Origin: Phoronis australis
Lineage: Eukaryota > Animalia > Phoronida
Direction: 5' to 3'
DNA: 64,000 nt
Assembly: GCA_002633005.1 (NCBI GenBank)
Contig: NMRA01000086.1
Span: 480,297 to 544,296, forward strand
Shown here: positions 35,501-50,500 of the stretch, piece by piece
How positions within the stretch are numbered: the stretch's first letter is position 1
Layout: each line of letters starts with the position of its first letter
Made by a program: the position numbers and the translations under genes
The notes under the pieces: generated by a model
Seen by the model: only the letters and a program-made list of their open reading frames with translations
Databases searched by the model: none
What the model was told of the DNA's origin: nothing

Positions 35501-38500
35501 GAGTGATTTGGTTGATAGAGGGGCAGACGCAAAAAAAAGACTACAAAACAGTAAAAATGGCCACTAGATAGCACAAAATACGTCAAATCCATCCGAAAAC
35601 AGGAACATGTCATCGGTTCAATAGAAAACTATTTACCAAATTTCACAAGAGCAACGCGGAGCGTTGAAATGCGCCCACAATTGCACCGCATACGGTATCC
35701 TTCTAGGGTTGTTTATTGGTACCATAAAGTGGCCAGTAGAGGGCATACTTTGCAAATTGGAAAGGCATGGTCATTGCCTCCTCAATAGGCTAGGGGCAAA
35801 ATGTGAGTAATCTTCATAATACAAGCACATCCTATACACCAGTTGCTTAAAGCACCACAGAAACATAGAATTAAAAACAAATTTACCAACATACGAGATT
35901 AGCACAACATTAGAATGCCAGAAACAAATTTCTACTTGGAACTTTTCCTTCACAGTCACGAAGTAACACAAAGTATACACCTGAAGACCTATGAAAATAC
36001 AGAGGTCAATGTAAAATACTAAAATTGCCACTAGAGGCAAATACTAAAATTGCCACTAGAGGCATACCGGTAATCAGAATCATCCTAAAGTCGTCATCGT
36101 CCGTTGTCAACATCACATAAATACACTTGCTAAATTTAGTAAAGATCCTGCAAACGGTTTGGGAGATACAGCCATGGGCGCAAAAAAACAAAACTGCCAC
36201 TAGGAGGCGCCACAGTAGTCCAAATCGTCTGAAAATCATTGTCAGCTGTCTTCCTTATAGTAAGCACATACACGCCAATTTTCACAATCATCCTTTGAGC
36301 GGTTTGGTTGATAGAGGGGTGGACGCAAAAATACAGACTCGAAAACAGTAAAAATGGCCACTAGGTGGCGCAAACTACGTCGAATCCATCTGAAAACAGG
36401 AGGATAGCGTCATCTCACTAATAGGTGCCTACATACCAAATTTCATGAAAATCCGTTCAATACTTTTGAAGATACAAAGGTAAGCGTAAAAAACTAAAAT
36501 TGCCACTAGGGGGCACACCGGTAGTCGGATCCGTCCGAAAGTTCGCACATGCCGTCCCATTCATGAATGGAACATACGTGCCAAATTTCATGAACGTATG
36601 TCAAAGGGTTTTGGAGATAGAGCAGCGGACGCCGGACGGACGCCGCCCGGACGGACGGACGGACAGAGATGACGGCATAATGCGTCCACATATAAATATG
36701 TGGGCGCATAATAAAAATCCCTCAAGGAACTTGAATTAGGACAAAAGAGGAAAATGGAAAAAAATTGGTTGACAGAGGGGCGGATGCCAAAAAACAGACT
36801 CAAAAACAATAAAAATGGTCAATAAGTGGCACAAAATACCCTGAATCAATCCGAAAACCAATGAATAACATCACCTCACTAATAGATACCTATCTGCCAA
36901 ATTTTATGAAAATCCATTGAGGGCCATTGAAGATACAGAGGTAAACATAGAAAACTAAAATTGCCACTAGGGATCGCACCAGTAGTCCACTCTGTCTGAA
37001 AGTTGTCATCGTCCGTTGTCAACTTCGTATTAATACATTTGCTCAAATTTAATATTATCTTGTAGAGTGTTTAGGAGATATAGCTATGGACGCAAAAACA
37101 AAAAACTGCCACTAGGTGGCGCCACAGTATTTGAAGTCGTCGGAAAATCATTGTCAGCAATCTTCTTCACAGTAGGAACATATATGCCAATTTTCACAAT
37201 CATCCTTAGAGTGGTTTGGTTGACGGTGGGGCGAATGATAAAAAAACAGACTAAACACAGTGAAAATAGGTACTAGGTGGCGCAAAATACCTTGAATCCA
37301 TCCAAAAACAGAAGGACAGCGTCATCTCACTAATAGATGCCCAACTGCCAAATTTTATGAAAATCCGTTGAGGACATTAGACGATACTGGAGGTAAACGT
37401 AAAAAATTAAAATTGCCATTAGGAGGCACACCTGTAGTCAGATAGGTCCGAAATTCGTAGTCATCCATCGTCAGCTTGACTATATCTGCCAAATTTCAGG
37501 AGATGCAGCAGCAGACGCCCAGACAGAGATGACAGCAATATGCATACACACATAAATACGTGGGTGCATAGTAAGCAAAAATACAATGCATCTACTTGGT
37601 TGCGGACAATACTATGTCTTGCCAACTTGATAGTATGACAAAAACTCTCTCTTGGTATATAAGGGTAAATAACAAAACGCAGCAGACAACTATTGCGCCA
37701 CTGCTCAGCCATCTCCCTACCTGGTGATACAGCGCTGGTCTTGAAATCTTGGGGAACTTGATTCTCAGGTGACGGGGCTGCCTGTACACACTCAGCGATG
37801 GTTGCAGTGGAAGTTTTCTGAACGACTGCGGGAAGAAGGGTGAAAATTTAAGCTTGTAACATAACAAAAGTGCATCACCTGATGTGAAAGCACTAGGAGG
37901 GGGAGGGGGGGCAAAAGAACAGCTACCATGGTTTGATTCCTTTTAGAGACAATGAAAGCAGTCGTCACGCCAATTTCAAGACATTTTAAAATGATTCTAA
38001 AATTGCTAAAGAGATGGGTTTTGTTCTAAATGTAACAATGTTCAAGCACATATTCAGACAAATGTTTCTAAAAGGAAACTGACTTGGATAGACATTTACT
38101 CCTTGGAACTATAGCATCAAAACAAAAAACACATCAAGCACATTTGACGAGTTCCGCACATTCAAGTCAGAAATGCTATCTAAGTCGACCAAGGTAGTGT
38201 TAAGCCACGGCTTGTGTACTGTGTCTGCAGGAATGCTCACCAGGTGGAGTACGCAACAAGCCGTGGCCAGAAGAAAGTGGATGTGCACAGCTGTCACTGT
38301 GGGCTGATAATTGCTGAAAATAATTGGTTGTGACATTCATCGTGCCTGGCGAGAACAGCGGGCTGCAAGAAATCGGCATTTTTGGGGTTAAACAAGATTT
38401 AAGACAAAGACTTGACTTTCAATTTCAAAAAAACAGATTTTTGTTCCAATCACTGATGTAGGGATGAATCAAAAACATAACAATGATGCCAAGGGATTAG

Positions 38501-41500
38501 GTTGTATTCATTTTTGGTTCATTTCATGACGTCATGATTGTGTCAATCGTTAGACAAGACGGCAGGAATTGCCGAAAAATCAGCACGCAAGAACGCATGC
38601 CCCTTCCTCCCGTGGGGACTTCACTATCAGATACTCACTATAGCAGTATGGCAGAGGTGTGAGGTCAGAGGGTCAGACAGTGGCCACTTAGGAGACTCTG
38701 ACCAAACCTGAAAAGGGCGGCACATTCGCGGACACTGAAGCCCCCGCGGGGAAAGGATGGGACATGCGCTCATTGACGTGACATGTACCATACACTAACA
38801 CTTTCCCACCACAAGTACCGGACAGTGTAACACGCACGTAGCCTAGCCTAGAGGCATGTTAACACGTCACCTCCCAGCAACCGACTCCATCCGCCATCTG
38901 TTGGTAGAAGGGAGAATTACGTAGGCAACATCCCATCCATTGGTTTCGCACTGCTTCAGCATTCAGAGAACAATTACTTAGCAAGAGAACAAAGGGATCC
39001 AGTACAAATGTTACGATGATATTAATTGGAAAAAACAAAAAGGATCTTAAGACAGTCTAAATAGTTTTCATACATAGTAATAATACATAAAAACAAATCA
39101 TAACTGTCTTTATACTCAATGATTACTGCAAGATTTCTTATTGAACAATTTAATTTTCCCTTTGTTCACAAGCTCAACAATCTTAACACATCATTTAGCC
39201 TGGCAATGTACAAACATTCTGGAGTTTAAATGAATTCAGTACACTGGATTTCCGTCTTGTGTTGACAAATGAATACTGTAGTGGGAAAACCAGGAAGACA
39301 TGCTTTTGTGGAAAACACTCGAGTCGACACAAACACACACACGCTACTGTTAAAGCTACGTGCACCGCGCATATCCATAAAGAGCATCTGTCCCCTATAC
39401 TCAGTCTCAAGTATAAGAAAGGAACATAGTCTCCTATGTAACAAACCTGTCGACTGACTATATTAATGAGACGTATGCTGAGATTCTGAAATGTGATTTA
39501 ATTTAAAATCTGACATCTGCCGATTTCCAAGCAAGGATTTTAAATTAAGTAATTTTCCTAATACCTGTTGAATTTGAGGAGTCTGGCATTTTGAAAACCA
39601 GTTTTCTGAATGACGGGCATCAAACTGGTTCTTAAAATCTGAGACCTTGTATTGAAGTGAATTTTGCCAAATTTCTTTAATATTTATTTACTTTAGACAC
39701 ACAAGGTGTATGAGTGCAAACTGGCTGACCAATAAAATGCAGTTGACACTACTAACTCTTGATACAGTAGCACAACTGTACACCTGTCCCAAGCAAAATG
39801 GATGACAGAGGTGGAGTATGACACAGTCACATGTAACTAACAGCCTTCCCTTAAAACTGCCTTCAATACATCCACCCAATGCAAGCCTTCAATACATCCA
39901 CCCAATGCAAGCCTTCAATACATCCACCCAATGCAAGTTGATGTTTGACTTATATAGCTGTCAAGACAAACTTCAATTGTGACTTGGTTCTGCATCCACT
40001 GTTGATATCAGAACTACCCAGCTGAACAGCAACCCCAGAAAGGAGATGTTTAGCTATAGACATTCAGTCACATAAAGGCGGTGTACAACTGTTGACTATC
40101 AGGACAAAGCTGTGCACGCAGCGTTAACACGAGTATCACACCATACACGCATCATTGAACTGTGCGTCACTCAGTGAGACCGGGGGTCTTTTTCATGACA
40201 AGTGACTATAAAGACTTAAGACAGAAATTCAATGTTGCGATCCACACGACTACTTTTGAAAAATAATAGATTACATTCGAGCAGAAATGCATAGGCTCTG
40301 AAAATATACACACACCTGCTAGTTACGAGGGTAGTTATACACACATCTGCTAGTTACGGGGGTAGTTTTCTTATTTCTAGACTGTAAAGAGCTCATGACT
40401 ATAGTAAAATCTTACTGATTTCAGACACCAAGAGCAATGCCAAGCATTGAAATGCGCCCACGCCTGCATCGCAAGCGGTGTGTGTTCTAGGGGTGTTTAT
40501 TTCTACCATAAAAAATGCCAAAAGTTTGCTCATACTGTCCCATCTATGAAAGGACATATACGCAAAATTTCATGAACATACATCAAAGGGTTTTGGAGGC
40601 AGAGCAGCGGACGAGGCCGTATATAAATGTGTGGGAGCATAAAAATAACTCCCAAAAATGCCCCTTTTCTGTTCAATTTTCAGGGTCTTCTAATATCTTT
40701 GTGAATGGCCACACATTTTCTAAACTTAGTTTGATGGTAGATGTGGTACAAAACTTAAACTTGGAAATGTGTTAAGTTGGTACTATCAGGAAGTCATTAC
40801 CAGAAAGGGACAACGTATCTTTCATGGATCAAAATGACACAATACCATTTGTTCAGTTGTCAGCTCTATTGCATCCCAAATTGGGAAGACTTTAGCACAC
40901 TAGGCTAAACCTTAATTCAGCAATCGTCAAGTGCGAGCGTAAGACCAAACTTGTGTCACAAGTCACTTTCATGAAACAAACCCCAAGAATGTTTAACCAG
41001 TGATGCTGTAAGCTTCACTTGGAATATCAATGCCTGATAGCGTCACAAGGAAGCAAAATAAAGAATTGAATGAAACGGGTCACACTCCAGAATGAAGGCA
41101 CATGCAAGTCAAAGAACTAGTTTAAGTTTAGCTTCATTCACAAGACTTAAGCACGTTAGTGTGTTTGACCACATCTAATACGAAAATCTAGACAAATGAT
41201 TTGTTACTTTCAATGCTAAATTAAGACTTTGATCATCCAGAACAACAGGCTCTTGTGATAATTTCTCAAAAACAGCTGATCAAATTAAGATGAAACTTTC
41301 TGATACTATGCTTTTATGCTTGTAAAATGTTCTACTTTTGTACGAAGGCTATCAAGATACGACTTTTTATGATTTTCATGAAAAAATAATCTCAAGTTGC
41401 ACAAAACCAAAACATAATGAAATATCTTAGAAAAGTGTAAAACCGTGTTTTGAGATCTCAAATTGAATATTCATATCAAATAAAATTTTGATCACGAAAC

Positions 41501-44500
41501 TGATACTGATGTTTTGATATCAATATACTTTTTCCTAAATTTTAATAAAAAGACAAGGTCACATGACATATTTAATGTAAGAAAAGTCAGAAGTCAAAAA
41601 CCAATCCTACAGGCTTTCTATTTTCAGAAAATATATAATTCAACTTTGTTAAAATTTATATTTTTGGATTAGACATTTGACTAAATACGCATACGAGTCA
41701 ATAAGGTCCAACATAACCTTAATAGGTTGTGAGAAAGCAACATTAAAATTTTGTGGGATTATTTCTTCTAAGAAAGCAACATTGTGGGATTATTTTATTC
41801 AATCCCAGTTGTGTATCAGTTGCTGAGTCAATGTTAGTTTATGTAATGACTATCAACTGTTGGTCAAGTGTTGGTCTTCTAATGACAAAATACTCCCATC
41901 TGCAAGATGACCTCTAACCAGTGTATGTACAGAGTTATGTTGATCACACATGGAATAGGACAACGCTGGTGATGAAATAGCCACATTATTGGTGTTCCAA
42001 ACAATGAATTTAGTGAATGGCACGAACCAAAGATATTTCTCAACTCGCATTCTGTCCCGGTCATAGTTTCAAGGCAAAAAGGGTTGCAAAATGGAAGGTT
42101 GTGGCTATGATCGTGTTGCAGAATTGCAAACTCTTTTCAATTACAGGAAACAGAACCGGCTTACACTGGCTATGCATTCCCAGTTGTAGCACTCAAGTCA
42201 TGATAGCTTCAAGCAGGTAGACAACACCCACCAATGACCTGTACATGACACTGATGGTCAACCGCAAATGCAAATATATTGGTTCCTAGGAGGTATTTGG
42301 CCGGGGCTGCCCACAAACATACCTGGGGAGTAGGTGAACTGGATGGGTTCGGAAAACTTGCCCGCACAATGAAGCAGAAGCTCCACGACAACCGAATCAG
42401 TGATAGACTGCGACCGATACTTGGGCACTTTGCATATCAGGTGAGTCTGTAAGCAAGAGACAATTGGTATTTTGTATTAATGCTGCATCTGGCATTCATT
42501 CAACTGACACTGCAAAAACACAATTGAAAACTGTTCCAGTTCCATTCACAATGTTTCTTGGATACATTCAGATATCTGAAATACTGTGAGTCGCGCATTT
42601 ACAAATGAGTTTAAGAACTGTGAATAAGAAGTCACTAGTTTCAAATGAATCTACGCCCATAAAAGTGAGATTACACTATAAACCTGAAGATACATAAGAG
42701 TCAGCACATCACCCATTGTGTAGCTTCAGCTAATACTACCTGAAGATACATAAGAGGCGGTAAATTACCCATTTTGTAGCTTCAGCTAATATTACATGGA
42801 ACACTCAGATCACAGCTGCTTTATTTTACCCCCTCAATACTCAGCGCTGCACACCATTATAAAAACTAAACAGAACTGTGTCATGAAGGTATAGCACTAA
42901 TCCTGAGAACAGGTGACATCAATAGACTTTGACATATTAAGCCAGACACTACAACCTAGGTCTTAAAATGTCACTTGATCAGCTAGACCCAATGAACTTT
43001 TGATAACCTTTCCAATATCAAAACATTACAACAATCACTTTACCAGTATGTTTTAAATCATACTATCAAACGGGATGTAACAGAATGCAGCAACACTTTA
43101 GTGATGGCGGTAAATAACACAAATAATCTTTCGTGCCAGATTTGGCTACCAAAGGGTTCCATTAATATCAACGTAAAATCAGGAAATGCGTTTCAAGGAT
43201 AGGGTCCAGGTTGAATATATTTAAATTATGACTTGAGAAGTCACCTGAAAGACAAACATCCTCCGACAAATGAGATAGTTCACCAACAATACCCAATAGA
43301 TTTGCACCACACGATATGCACGTCAACAGACAACAACATTGATTAGTCGATGTGTGTGTCTGGCTACCGCGCCACCAGTCGCTGCGATCAGTTAATGAGT
43401 AAGTTTGTAGCGACCACAGCACCAGTCACGACAATCTGTTGATATGCAAGTCTACGGTGACCATGGCACCAATCACTAAAATCAGTCGATGTGTAAGTCT
43501 GGGGCGACCGTGGCACCAATCGCGACAATCAGTCGATGTGTAAGTCTGTGGCAACCACCCCACCAGTCAGTACAATAAGTCGATGTGCAAGTCTGTGGTG
43601 ACCACGGCACCAGTTGCTACAATGAGTCGATGTGTAAGTCTGTAGCGACCACGTCATCAGTCGCTACAATCAGTCGATGTGTAAGTCTGTGGCGGCCACA
43701 GTCACGACAATCAGTTGATGCATAAGTCTGTGGTCATGGCGGCACCAGTCATTACAGTGTGGCCATTTCCCTTTTTCAATTACCTAAAGACCCTGTGTTA
43801 AACAAACAGTGGCACACATTTCTCAAAATGACTCATGTATGCAGCTTGTCAGACATAAGCGAACTGGGCTGACAAAAAAACGGAGAGTTGGTGGGACGTC
43901 AGTACAAGTTTTATCAGAATGTGTTTACAAAGTATGGAAAAGTCAAGGTCTATGCCTTTATAAACATAGTTTTCCTGAAATCAGCTTTTTGCTGCATACC
44001 GTTTGAAAGAAGTCCGACTCAACCGCGGCCTGTTCCTGCCAGAGAACAGCATCATCCTTCTTCTCTCTAAAGAACACCTTGATGCCCTTCCCAAAGTTCT
44101 TGCCGATGATGAACAGATCACGGTTCCCAGTAACCGGACATTCGCTTATTGACCACCGACAGATCTCTGGTGTACCCACAGGCTGGGCTGCAACACAGAG
44201 TAGGAGTGTTGAACAATGTGGAATGAAGAAGCAAGACAAGAGATACGGTGGGAGAGACAGAAACAGAAACAGACGGGGATTACGACAACAAGAATTATGA
44301 TCCCCAACGATATCGACTTAATGCCCACTATTCATAACGTAATATGTAAAAGAGAGTGTGGTTTGTTTCTACTTTATTTAGACAATGAAATAGGAGATAA
44401 AAAAATCTTCAATTGGGCACACAAAATAAGACCTAAGTTGTCATTTTCCTGCTTTTCAAAGCGTTGATATATTGCAGCTGTTCTTCTTCATTGGGACAGT

Positions 44501-47500
44501 TGTGCAGCACAAACAAAGTGAAGGGTGAAGTAAAACTTATCTTAATTTATCTCAATTCAGGATTCATACATTAAGTGTCATTTTCAAATAAAATTGACAA
44601 AATTTTTTCTCATGGAAAATTGTAGAAATTTTGTTTCAAATATGCCCAACAATTTCCCAAATGAATGAGTGCTTCGTCTGTTTTCCTTGTGGCATTTTGC
44701 CATTACTTTGACAAAACTAGATGAATTTTGACAAAACCAGTCAATGTTAGTTTCAAAACTACTGCAGAAGTTTTTGCTTTTATATGAGACTACCTTAATC
44801 CACTAAATAACCTTGTAATAAGCCAAAAAGTTTCATTAACTGAAATGGACAATCCAGTCAAGACATGCCAGTTCAGAGGCAAATAACAGCCACAATACAG
44901 TGCAAAATGAACCGCTCTATGTGGACAGGGAACATGCACCAGCGGCAACAGTAAAGTTGATTCTAGAAGTACTTACTACACAGGATGGGAATGGAGGTGG
45001 TCTGTAGTGTAACACAACTGCCGTCAGGTTTGGGAATGATGACTCGGAAGACAAGACGAGCTTTGGTGCTCTTCTTCTTTGACTTGCCAGTGATGCCCAC
45101 CATGTGTTCTACATCAGCATTGCGCAGTTTCAGTATGCCCACACAGTCGATCCTGAATATTGAACACATTTCTGGTGAACGCATTGCACAACAAGTTGAA
45201 ACGCAGCACACTACAAAGCCACATTATTTAACAAATCCCGCAAAACTGTCCAGTACAGCAGATGGGCCTTCATCTGAACGCGAGCCCACCACAGTGCAAT
45301 CTACAGCCATGGCTACCTGTAGCTGAAAACTGGAACCATGATATCGATAGTGATGTTAACAATTTCAAATACAGATACTCCTTCAATATCAATACCACGT
45401 AGAAAAACATCGCAACAAAATATTTTAATTGTCCTTAACAATGCGACACGCCAACTGATATTCGAACCGAGCCAATCCTCACAACACAAACACACGTGGA
45501 ATTATAACAGCCGAGACCGACCAAGCAGGACTAGGGTGCTGGCAAGTTTAATCTTCAAACTCAGACATGACACAGACTTAAGACTCAAAATTTAAGCAAT
45601 CGCGATTTTGTATTATTTTGAAAGTTTATTGGAAGGGTAACAAATTTTGAGTTGAGTATCTAATACAGGTTAAGCCCAAGGCCCTGGCCCATTTGATTTG
45701 TACAATTTAAAGCACAGAAATATTAAATCAAAATGACCGTTAATTTCAAAGTGACTATTGAATTATCCGTTTTGATATTAAACCACCATTTTGCAATGCT
45801 GCATCCTGTTGTATCAATCCAGCAGTAACACCACCAATCCATCCCTCTAGTTAGTTTCGTTACAGCAAGTTACAGCACTCGACGCTTAGCTTGAGGCCAC
45901 GTTGCCAAATTCCAGGCTGCCAAACGGAATTGGAGGTCACCAAAACTGCCAATGGAATCATCGACCAAAAAAACCTCATGCTGTGTTCTATTCTCAAAAA
46001 AGTACCCAAGCCTTTTCCGTTTCTCCCCGCAAAAAATTCACCATTCAATCTGTAACTTAATTCCTCCTGCAAAGAAGGAACGTAGACGATTAGAACCACT
46101 TGAGGTGCGTGTTTCATGGTCTGATCTTGCCCGTCTGTCTACTTCCTGTTGTAATTTAAGCGTGTTTGATACCACTGACTGCCGTGGTGACAAATGCACT
46201 ATATTCACGAAACCAAAGGTATTGAATCTAGGAAAAGTGTTAGTAACTTTAAGTTTGGAAGTCACTACAAATTTCGAAACAAATATCTGAGGAATTAGTG
46301 TCCGACTTTGATACTCACTGAGGTTACTTGTGAATTTTTCCAGGTCAATAGACATAATCTGAAGTGCATTGAGCACTGAGTTACATAATACAAATTATCT
46401 AAGGTCTAAGTTCAAGGTCTTTCTATCCAACCTGTCATACAGCCCCAGTTTGCTGGTCCTGTATCAAAGATATCATCTTAGAACTGATGCACAATCCAAG
46501 TATAATATAGAAGGCAAGTAACGGATAAAAAACGCTTAAATCAACTGCAGCGTGCAGGTCCAAGCAATATAAAATGCACATTACGTAACTAATCGAACGC
46601 ATAAAAGTTTGAAGTCTAAACTTTCGTGGTATCCTAAAAGCATTTAAGAATTCCTACATCAAAGATATCTGTCTTTATCTTGTCACTGTACATAAGATGT
46701 GATACTTAATACCTGTTGTATAAGTATGCCTATCACTGACATAATGATCCCTTTGCTTCGGTCAATGCAGCAGTAGGTCAGATGCTGCTATTACTTAATA
46801 AATCTTGTATAGGCATGTTTAACTAACTATGAACCCCTTGCCACTGTAATACTGGTCTCAATTACTTTTATTTATGACCACACTTTATCAGAAGTAATCT
46901 TTTCTCATGTCGATCTCTTGTATGCAACAGTAGTTCAATCCAACTGCTTGCAGATTAAATTCTCTATTCAAACTAAACAAAACTATAGATTTGTTTAAAA
47001 ACCCTGCCACAGAATGTTTTGAGTGTTCTATCCATACCGTGCCACCATATCATCTCCTGGTTCTAAGTTCATCTCTATTACTGTAATGCCCTCAATTTCT
47101 CTCTCTGTGCACGGCGTCGAGTTCTTGCCAGACACTTTACATGCTTGGTAGAAGCCATGAGGCCTAGGCTTCCCTGTATCCTGACCGACAAAGACTTGAA
47201 GTCTACACGACTCATTGTAACCATGTAACTGCAAAAGAAGCCCGCTTTAAAAACTAGACACTGGTAGGAGTTACACACAAAACTATGCCACTGACGTAAT
47301 CGAAAACGCAAAGTGGTAAAGGAACACCCCCCCCCCCCAACTCTCAGGCTCAATGTTCAGCACACAGTCACACCTACCGAGGTAGACAAACACAGACAGG
47401 TCATTCTGATTTTTACCGAATGATTCGGACTTCTGTTTGTTTACTTCCTGTAGTATTTCGAGTGCATGCTTGGATGTGGCATGGCAGCTTCTGATTTTTA

Positions 47501-50500
47501 TTAGCAAACAAAATCTGAGGTTGTGTAAGCGGCCTTCAAGTTGCCAAATCGATCCCAGACAGAAACATATTTGGTCCACATTCTCACAAGTGAGACCAGA
47601 GTTTGAATGGCGTATTCCATGGCAGATTGTGTATATTGCACCAAATGTCACTAGCCCAGCTTAAATGGAGGGAGAGAAGGTGATTAAATGAATGGAGAAT
47701 TGTCATTCAAAGTCGCCCAGCAAGAGACTATAAATTTAACTCTCAAGAGCGACAAAATCAAATATGACCAAGAAAAAGTCCAGGATCAAACTGAGAAAGA
47801 AAAGTTAAAAATCATTTCTTCCCATTAAGAGTGCAGGCAAATACCAACCTTCACCATGGGGAAACCTTCGCCAGACTGGTCCTTGACGGCACCGCGGCTG
47901 CCCTCAGTGAGGTAACGCGCACGGTGGTGGTTCTCTGGTTGTACAGTTATCTCTAGCCCTAGTCGACCGTGCTTGTTGGGAAAAGCCTGGATCAACGAGG
48001 GCTCCTTGAACTTTTTCACTGGAGTCTGGACACGAGCACTGGTCCTGGAATGAACAGATGATGGGAAACGGAGTGGAATAAACATAATTCATCGAGTTGG
48101 CCTTTGCACGGTGGTTGGGAAATAGGGATACCATAAAAGACCACGACCTCAATAGAGCAACAGTACTTAAATGTTGAACACCAATGCATATCCTCTGACA
48201 CAGCGCCACCTATACTGAAAAGTGGCTCAGTGGAAACATGATGAACAACACACAGAATTCTATGTGTGGGCATCAATGCGCATGCCTTGGCCGGAAGCAT
48301 ACCGATCACATCGCATGCCTTAATGCTCTGTACTTGTTTGGGCTTAAACCACTGGATCGAGGTTCCCTTGATTTTGTTTACTTCGATCACTGTCCATTTT
48401 AATAAACTACAACTACGAGTCAAAGTGGTCGCCATACTTGGTATCTGTAAACTTAAAGGGGTTTCTTAACTTTCAACCAATGGGAATGACAATGTTATGT
48501 CAGTTTCATTACTTTAACCAATGAAAAGCCATTTTAAACAACATTCGACAGTACTACCTTTCGTATCACTGGGAAAGAGTGTACACCAGTGCCCTTACCT
48601 TGAAACCCATCTGTGTGGAGCTGGGTTTGTAGAAACAACTCTTTTGCCTACCAAGGCATTTAGCCCCATTCCTTGATAAAAAATCTTTATAAAAATCACG
48701 TGAAATTCCCTTCATGAGGCCCAATATTAACCTCCAATGAGTAAAAAATTCGCATCAAGGTTAGAACCTTTAATTCTAAACTATTAGATTTGGCTACATG
48801 AAGCATTGCCAATAGAGGTTGGTAACTGGGGAGTGAAACTGGCGATGACCGGGAAGGAGGGATTATCTCCCCACTCAAAAATGTTCCTCTCAGAAGACAC
48901 AAGCCATTTCCATTCAATTGAGCGTGAGAGGCACCTTTCTCTTCAAGTTAGCAAGAGCCCTGATAGTACACTAGAGACAAATACTGCGAACAAAACCTGG
49001 CAAAGTAAGTTTGTTAATAACAAACTTTATGGGAACAATCTCACAGTTTTCATTGCAAATGTTCCGTGTTTGGCATTGTAACCTTATTGCATCTAAGCAT
49101 AAAGGAACACTTTCATTACGAGTCAAATTAAGATTACATTGAGCTTCAGCGACTCAACGCAAAAAATCATTCAAATGTGACGCAAGGTAACCAAACTCAT
49201 TGCGGCTAAATTCAAACTCATTAGCGTGACGAGTCAAAACAGGCAGTAAACACTGATAGAGATAGAAGATAAAAGAGTTTTTTTTTCCAATATAATCGTT
49301 CAAACACTGATAGATAGCAAGATGAAAGATTTTTTTCCAACATAACACTCAAGTTATTCCGGTGCATTCAAGATAAATTTTCATCATTGGATATTTTGAC
49401 ACAGTACACAAATTCCCCGTGAAGTGATATTTACTCCACTATAAGTAGTAAACATACACAGATTACGGTAACACAAGCTCAGAGTGATCAACAGACATAC
49501 TACAACATTCAGGAAAAAATTAATTTGAAAATGCAGGCAAAACATAACAAGATTTTTCATGAATAAGTTCTATTCTTCAACAACTTGGTCCTTCTACAAG
49601 CTAAGGCAAGTTTTGTTTTCAACACACAAATAGAAACGAACCCCTTCAAGATGTTGGCTTCCTTTCACACCTCCTTGCAAAGATGTGAAATTCATGGAGC
49701 CTGAATCTTTTATCAGTGTGATACCAGATTTGTAGCTTTAAAGTCCAAGGGGCCAAGGTTAATATTAAATATTCGTTACTTTTTTTACTAGACGATAATA
49801 GTTTATAGACACTAATATCTTGTACAAATGAAGGAGAGTATGATTTGACATGTTCACACACATACAGACACACACAGACACAGACACACGTGCGCATATC
49901 AAAAACGCGCTCCCACAAACAAATGCACATTTTGAGACCAGATACCAAATGAGACATTAGCTAATAATCAAATAAACAGAAGAGCCAAAGAGAACCCTAT
50001 TTTTATATTCGCCGTTTCTGACATAAAATAAATTTTTCGATTTGAAAGTATTGCAACGATTACTTTCTAAACTGTTCTACTGAAGGAGTGAAGCAGTAAT
50101 ATTTCAGAGTCTTTGCTGGTAAGTGTGATACTTTCCCAAACAAATGAGCAGTAATTGTGTCTCAGTTATGTGCTTATACTTTCACAACATTGCAACAGAC
50201 ATGGATCACTCTAACCAACCAGGTGTAAACAACAATAAATACTAGTTAGGTCACGACAGCTAAATTAATATTAATTACAGGCAGGCTGCTACACCTACAC
50301 GACTTGCGCAGGTCACTCAGGTGGATTCATCGCAGTGGTTATTGGTTCCCCTGATGCAGTTACCGGGTACTTTTTAGTGGTTCAAATTGTCAAAAAAAAA
50401 ACCCACCTGATATGATCCCAGTGCGAGATTATTTACTATTGAAAACCTGTTCTTAAGGTCACGAGAAAAGTGATTGTCGCTAAGATACTAAGCCAATTTG

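Larger units (their letters stand above)
34222..37572 (-). mobile_element. HINE/DINE-1-like element (outer copy), interrupted by a solo LTR and a second HINE
   Basis: 3' end CAAGAGCAACGCGGAG...GCACCCAC at 34222 and 5' end GTGGGTGCAT at ~37560. Homologous to 23871-25222. Confidence 0.7.

Noticed and set aside
48090-48380. tRNA gene / tRNA-derived SINE
   Set aside because: Only weak A/B-box resemblance on the - strand and no cloverleaf. It may be an old SINE but cannot be supported from sequence alone.
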